Notes under the pieces: model-generated
Databases searched by the model: none
What the model saw: only the letters and a program-made list of their open reading frames with translations
What the model was told of the DNA's origin: nothing
Virus record (IMG/VR): IMGVR_UViG_2684622652_000002
Strand: one strand, 5' to 3'
DNA length: 64,000 nt
Source of the DNA: an uncultured virus (IMG/VR IMGVR_UViG_2684622652_000002)
Lineage: Duplodnaviria > Heunggongvirae > Uroviricota > Caudoviricetes
In this document: in pieces, positions 60,759 through 64,000 of the stretch
Position numbering within the stretch: position 1 is the stretch's first letter
How the letters are laid out: the number at the start of each line of letters is the position of its first letter
Translations under genes and position numbers: made by a program

Positions 60759-62116
60759 TAATCATCCTCGTTCCAGTTCTGGCCAGCGTAGTTATCAAAT
60801 CGTGAATACTGGCCGTTGAAAGTAAGTCGCACGGTCCCGATTGGCCCGTTACGTTGCTTACCGATAATCACTTCTGCAATACCTCTAAGATCCGAGTTTT
60901 CGTGGTAAACCTCATCGCGGTACAGGAACATGATGAGGTCAGCATCCTGTTCGATAGCGCCGGATTCACGTAGGTCGGAATTCACCGGGCGCTTATCTGC
61001 GCGTTGTTCCAGTGAACGGTTAAGTTGTGACAGTGCCACTACCGGCACCTGAAGCTCCTTCGCCAGCGCTTTCAGCGAGCGGGAAATTTCAGCGATTTCC
61101 AGTGTGCGGTTTTCCTTTAATTCCGGAACTCGCATCAATTGAAGGTAATCGACCATAATCATGCTAAGTCCGCCGTTCTCCCGGTAGACACGGCGCGCGC
61201 GGGAACGTAGTTCGGTAGGCGTCAGCCCACTGGAGTCATCAATAAAAATATTTCGGTTATCCAGCAAAATGCTCATGGCGCCGGAAATTTTCGCCCAGTC
61301 TTCATCGCCAAGCTGGCCGGTACGAATACGGGTCTGGTCCACGCGGGATAGTGATGCCAGCGATCTCATCATTAACTGATCGCTGGGCATTTCCAGGCTA
61401 AACACCAGCGCTGGTTTATCGCTATTTATGGCGGCATTCTCCACCAGGTTCATAGCAAACGTGGTTTTCCCCATAGAGGGGCGTGCGGCCACAATGATTA
61501 GATCTGATGGCTGAAGGCCTGCCGTCTTTTTATTGAGGTCTGTAAACCCCGTGTCCAGACCGGTTACGCCATCGTGTGGACGCTGAAACAGCTCTTCTAT
61601 GCGCGCAACTGTGGAATCCAGAATGCTGGTAATATCCTTCGGCCCTGCATCGGCTTTCTGGCGCTTTTCTGCGATGCCGAACACCAGCCGCTCGGCCATA
61701 TCCAAAAGTTCTTCGCTACTTCTTCCATTTGGCGAATAGCCCGCATCAGCGATCTGGTTTGATATGCTGATCAGCTCACGAACAACAGCTCGCTCACGAA
61801 CAATGTCCGCATACGCACAGATGTTTGCAGCGCTGGGTGTGTTTTTAGAAAGCTCCGCGAGGTAAGCAAATCCCCCAACGCGATCCAGTGCCCCCTGTCT
61901 TTCGAGTGATTCAGACAGTGTAATCAGATCAATAGGGCTACCGTTTTCCTGCAATCGCCCCATTTCTATAAAAATCTGTCGATGTGGACGAGGATAGAAG
62001 TCATCAGCAACAACGCGTTCGGCAACATCGTCCCAGCGACCGTTATCCAACATAAGACCGCCCAGAACTGCCTGTTCCGCCTCAATAGAATGCGGTGGCG
62101 ATTTAATTTCACCCAT
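60758..62116 (-). CDS. ban: Replicative DNA helicase (DnaB analogue)
   Basis: PPHSIEAEQAVLGGL, AARPSMGKT, VDYLQLM, DLRESGAIEQDAD. Confidence 0.97.
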   Translation of the reverse strand: MGEIKSPPHSIEAEQAVLGGLMLDNGRWDDVAERVVADDFYPRPHRQIFIEMGRLQENGSPIDLITLSESLERQGALDRVGGFAYLAELSKNTPSAANICAYADIVRERAVVRELISISNQIADAGYSPNGRSSEELLDMAERLVFGIAEKRQKADAGPKDITSILDSTVARIEELFQRPHDGVTGLDTGFTDLNKKTAGLQPSDLIIVAARPSMGKTTFAMNLVENAAINSDKPALVFSLEMPSDQLMMRSLASLSRVDQTRIRTGQLGDEDWAKISGAMSILLDNRNIFIDDSSGLTPTELRSRARRVYRENGGLSMIMVDYLQLMRVPELKENRTLEIAEISRSLKALAKELQVPVVALSQLNRSLEQRADKRPVNSDLRESGAIEQDADLIMFLYRDEVYHENSDLRGIAEVIIGKQRNGPIGTVRLTFNGQYSRFDNYAGQNWNEDD

Positions 62117-62138
62117 GACTTCACTCTTTTATTAATAA

Positions 62139-62155
62139 ATAAAAATTAGAGCAAT
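62139..62155 (-). promoter_or_regulatory. C1 operator upstream of ban
   Basis: Minus strand ATTGCTCTAATTTTTAT. Confidence 0.75.
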
Positions 62156-62160
62156 TATTA

Positions 62161-62289
62161 TCAATTTTTCTTGACATTAGACTTGGGGCGCTTGCTTGCT
62201 TTGATTAGCCCTTCTATGCCGGAAAAGACAACCAACAAGAGCACAATGGTAAAGACTGGATGGTCAAATATGAGTTGTAGAATTTGCAT
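62161..62289 (-). CDS. Small single-pass membrane protein (42 aa)
   Basis: MQILQLIFDHPVFTIVLLLVVFSG plus basic tail; downstream of the ncRNA array. Confidence 0.5.
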   Translation of the reverse strand: MQILQLIFDHPVFTIVLLLVVFSGIEGLIKASKRPKSNVKKN

Positions 62290-62321
62290 GGTAATCCCAG
62301 GTGCATCCGAGTGTGGAAAAT

Positions 62322-62447
62322 GTTGTGGTGCCGGGTGCCTCCCGGTGTCCTTTGGCTGGTTAGCCACCGTGGACGGGGAAAAAATTTTTAAAGGAGAACA
62401 AACTACTAACCATTTCCCCGCGTGCGCTTAGCCGCATTCACCACAAC
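62322..62447 (-). ncRNA. C4-antisense-like cloverleaf RNA (unit A)
   Basis: Terminal stem GTTGTGGTG/CACCACAAC; arms TGCGGCTAAGCGCA and CCGGG-AGGCA-CCCGG. Confidence 0.75.
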
Positions 62448-62770
62448 GGAAAGAGCACTGTATCGTTTGTATTCCCTCCCTGTTGACAATCACCAATGGG
62501 TCCGACGTCAACGTATCAATGCTCTTACCTGTTGTGTGCCGGTTACGTATCCGGCGAGGGCTTCCACCTCCGTATGCTTTTCGGCACTTCGTGCCCTGGC
62601 TACATAACGGCAAGGGCATTGCCCCATCGTTCAGACCGACATGTCCCCCTCTCGGCTGCAACAAGTCAACGCCCTTGCAGTTATGTGCCGGTTACGGTTC
62701 CGGCCAGGCCTCTTCCTCAACGGGGTATTCTCCATTCGGACTACCGTTTGTTGGTCGTTCCTGCGGTTAA
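62448..62770 (-). ncRNA. Alternating stem-loop and mini-cloverleaf RNA modules (units B-E)
   Basis: B and D have long variable loops between GGTAAGAGCATTG/CAGTGCTCTTTCC-type arms; C and E share GCCGGAnnCGTAACCGGCACAYAAC 3' ends. Confidence 0.65.
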
Positions 62771-62900
62771 GTTGTAGTGGCCGGTGCTGATATCCGGCCT
62801 TGGTGGTATTTGCCGCCATACTTTCAGGCGCGTCCCAAGTCTCCAATTTCCACCCATCCGGCTATTACGGGTGCGCATCAGCCTGCGCATTCACTACAAC
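62771..62900 (-). ncRNA. C4-antisense-like cloverleaf RNA (unit F)
   Basis: Terminal stem GTTGTAGTG/CACTACAAC; arms TGCGCAGGCTGATGCGCA and GGCCGGATATCAGCACCGGCC. Confidence 0.75.
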
Positions 62901-63152
62901 GGAAAGAGCATTCCTGCCATGTGCACTCATTCAAGTGGAATGCATAAGGTGGTGTCTGAAATGCTCTTACCTGTTATGTCCTCGTCTCTTCCGAGGTGTC
63001 ACACCTGATCGCCAAGATGGTGAGTCCATGGAACGCCGCTATGCACGGGGCTTGCACATTCCGGCTACCTGGTTTGTTTGCCTGAGCAGAGGGAAAAGAA
63101 ACCCTCTATAACGTCACCAGACCGCTATCGACGCATGTGCCAGACGCCGTGT
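62901..63152 (-). ncRNA. Stem-loop module G and structured leader H
   Basis: G has the same arms as B; H has several hairpins (CCTCGGAAGAGACGAGG, AGAGGG..CCCTCT) and no credible ORF. Confidence 0.55.
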
Positions 63153-63179
63153 TAAAAAATAGTCTCGCTTTACAAAATA

Positions 63180-63223
63180 AAATTTATTAGAGCAATTATA
63201 CTTAAAAAATCAATTAGAACAAT
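63180..63223 (-). promoter_or_regulatory. C1-controlled promoter driving the ncRNA array
   Basis: Perfect operator ATTGCTCTAATAAATTT (63180-63196); second operator 63207-63223; TTGTTC-16-TATAAT. Confidence 0.85.
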
Positions 63224-63228
63224 AGCGA

Positions 63229-63927
63229 TTATGGGATGATTTTGAACTCACGCAGTTTTGCCACAGCCTTGTCAAACTCGGCCATACCATCAACCATCGC
63301 CTCAACAGCTTTCGTTACTTTAGTATGCGCAAGAAGCACTTCGCGACGAACAGGTTCAAGCTGCTTCTGAAACACATCCTTCGCCGTTATGGTTCGTTCT
63401 GTTTCTTCAGCCTGGCGCAGAAGTTCTTCTGCTTTTTTGCGTAGCTCAAGTGGAGAGAGATTTTGTTTCGTTACAATCACTTCTTTATCCTTGTCTTTAA
63501 TATCTGACGATAATTGAACGGGGGCTGTCTTAATCTGCGCTGGCAGGCGCTCGGTACATTCTTTACATCTGAAGGACTTGTTCTTGTGTCCATAGAATTC
63601 GCCCGCGGGCTTTTCTTTCAGACATTCAGCGCATGTATAGAGCGGTTCGGTTGTGTCATCACCGTTTCTTTCTTCAATGTGCTCAGTTAAATAACGTTTA
63701 TGACGTAACCAAATGTTCTCCCGACCGGGCTTACCCGTACGGATGACCACCAGTTGGTTATAATGCTCGATCACCTCAAGCAACTGCTTACGCGACTTCT
63801 TGTTGAGAAACGTATACGCTTCAACCTTCAGCAGATCATTAACATCAACGCCATTCGGATGTTTGCTAACAAACGCTTTTACGCGATCCAGAGCTAAAGC
63901 CAGGTGAGGAGGTGTAGTTCTGGCCAT
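63229..63927 (-). CDS. Hypothetical protein with CxxC zinc ribbon and C-terminal coiled coil
   Basis: AGGAG RBS; CAEC...CKEC. Confidence 0.8.
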   Translation of the reverse strand: MARTTPPHLALALDRVKAFVSKHPNGVDVNDLLKVEAYTFLNKKSRKQLLEVIEHYNQLVVIRTGKPGRENIWLRHKRYLTEHIEERNGDDTTEPLYTCAECLKEKPAGEFYGHKNKSFRCKECTERLPAQIKTAPVQLSSDIKDKDKEVIVTKQNLSPLELRKKAEELLRQAEETERTITAKDVFQKQLEPVRREVLLAHTKVTKAVEAMVDGMAEFDKAVAKLREFKIIP

Positions 63928-64000
63928 TAAGCTAATACTCCTATGATGTCAGTAACAGTTTCTCGCGTTTCCCCGGTACAGGATATAGAGCGGCGCGCCC

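Noticed and set aside
62422..63111. Several overlapping 60-100 aa ORFs in the ORF track
   Set aside because: No RBS, no family resemblance and mutually overlapping; the region is better explained by repeated RNA structures
62322..63152. CRISPR array
   Set aside because: The units are of several types with irregular spacing and inverted arms; they do not resemble direct CRISPR repeats

Overview
A 64 kb segment of a P1-like (Punavirus-type) phage-plasmid from an enterobacterial host. In order, it carries: an invertible tail-fibre segment with cin; the lydAB-hdf-darA-ddrA-ddrB-hxr antirestriction operon; ssb; lyz-lydD; an inserted RepL-like + ProQ/FinO operon; pro, prt; darB-ulx-lxc; a pmg/ppp and accessory early region; pdcB-lpa-pacAB; c1-coi; a variant lox site with cra-cre; ref; mat; tail/baseplate genes 26-25-7-24-6-5; and ban (DnaB). 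About 15 C1-operator-like 17-mers, four Lpa-type late promoters and two LexA boxes are visible. Standout items: (1) a cas-less type I-E CRISPR mini-array at 37700-37840, right after a small HTH-like gene and before a terminator; (2) two C1-controlled cassettes of modular tRNA/C4-like structured RNAs with constant scaffolds and variable loops (62322-63152 and 46150-46415); (3) a phage-encoded ProQ/FinO RNA chaperone; (4) a Tad2-like sponge fusion; (5) a natural lox spacer variant. All gene names come from recalled similarity and synteny with P1; no searches were run.
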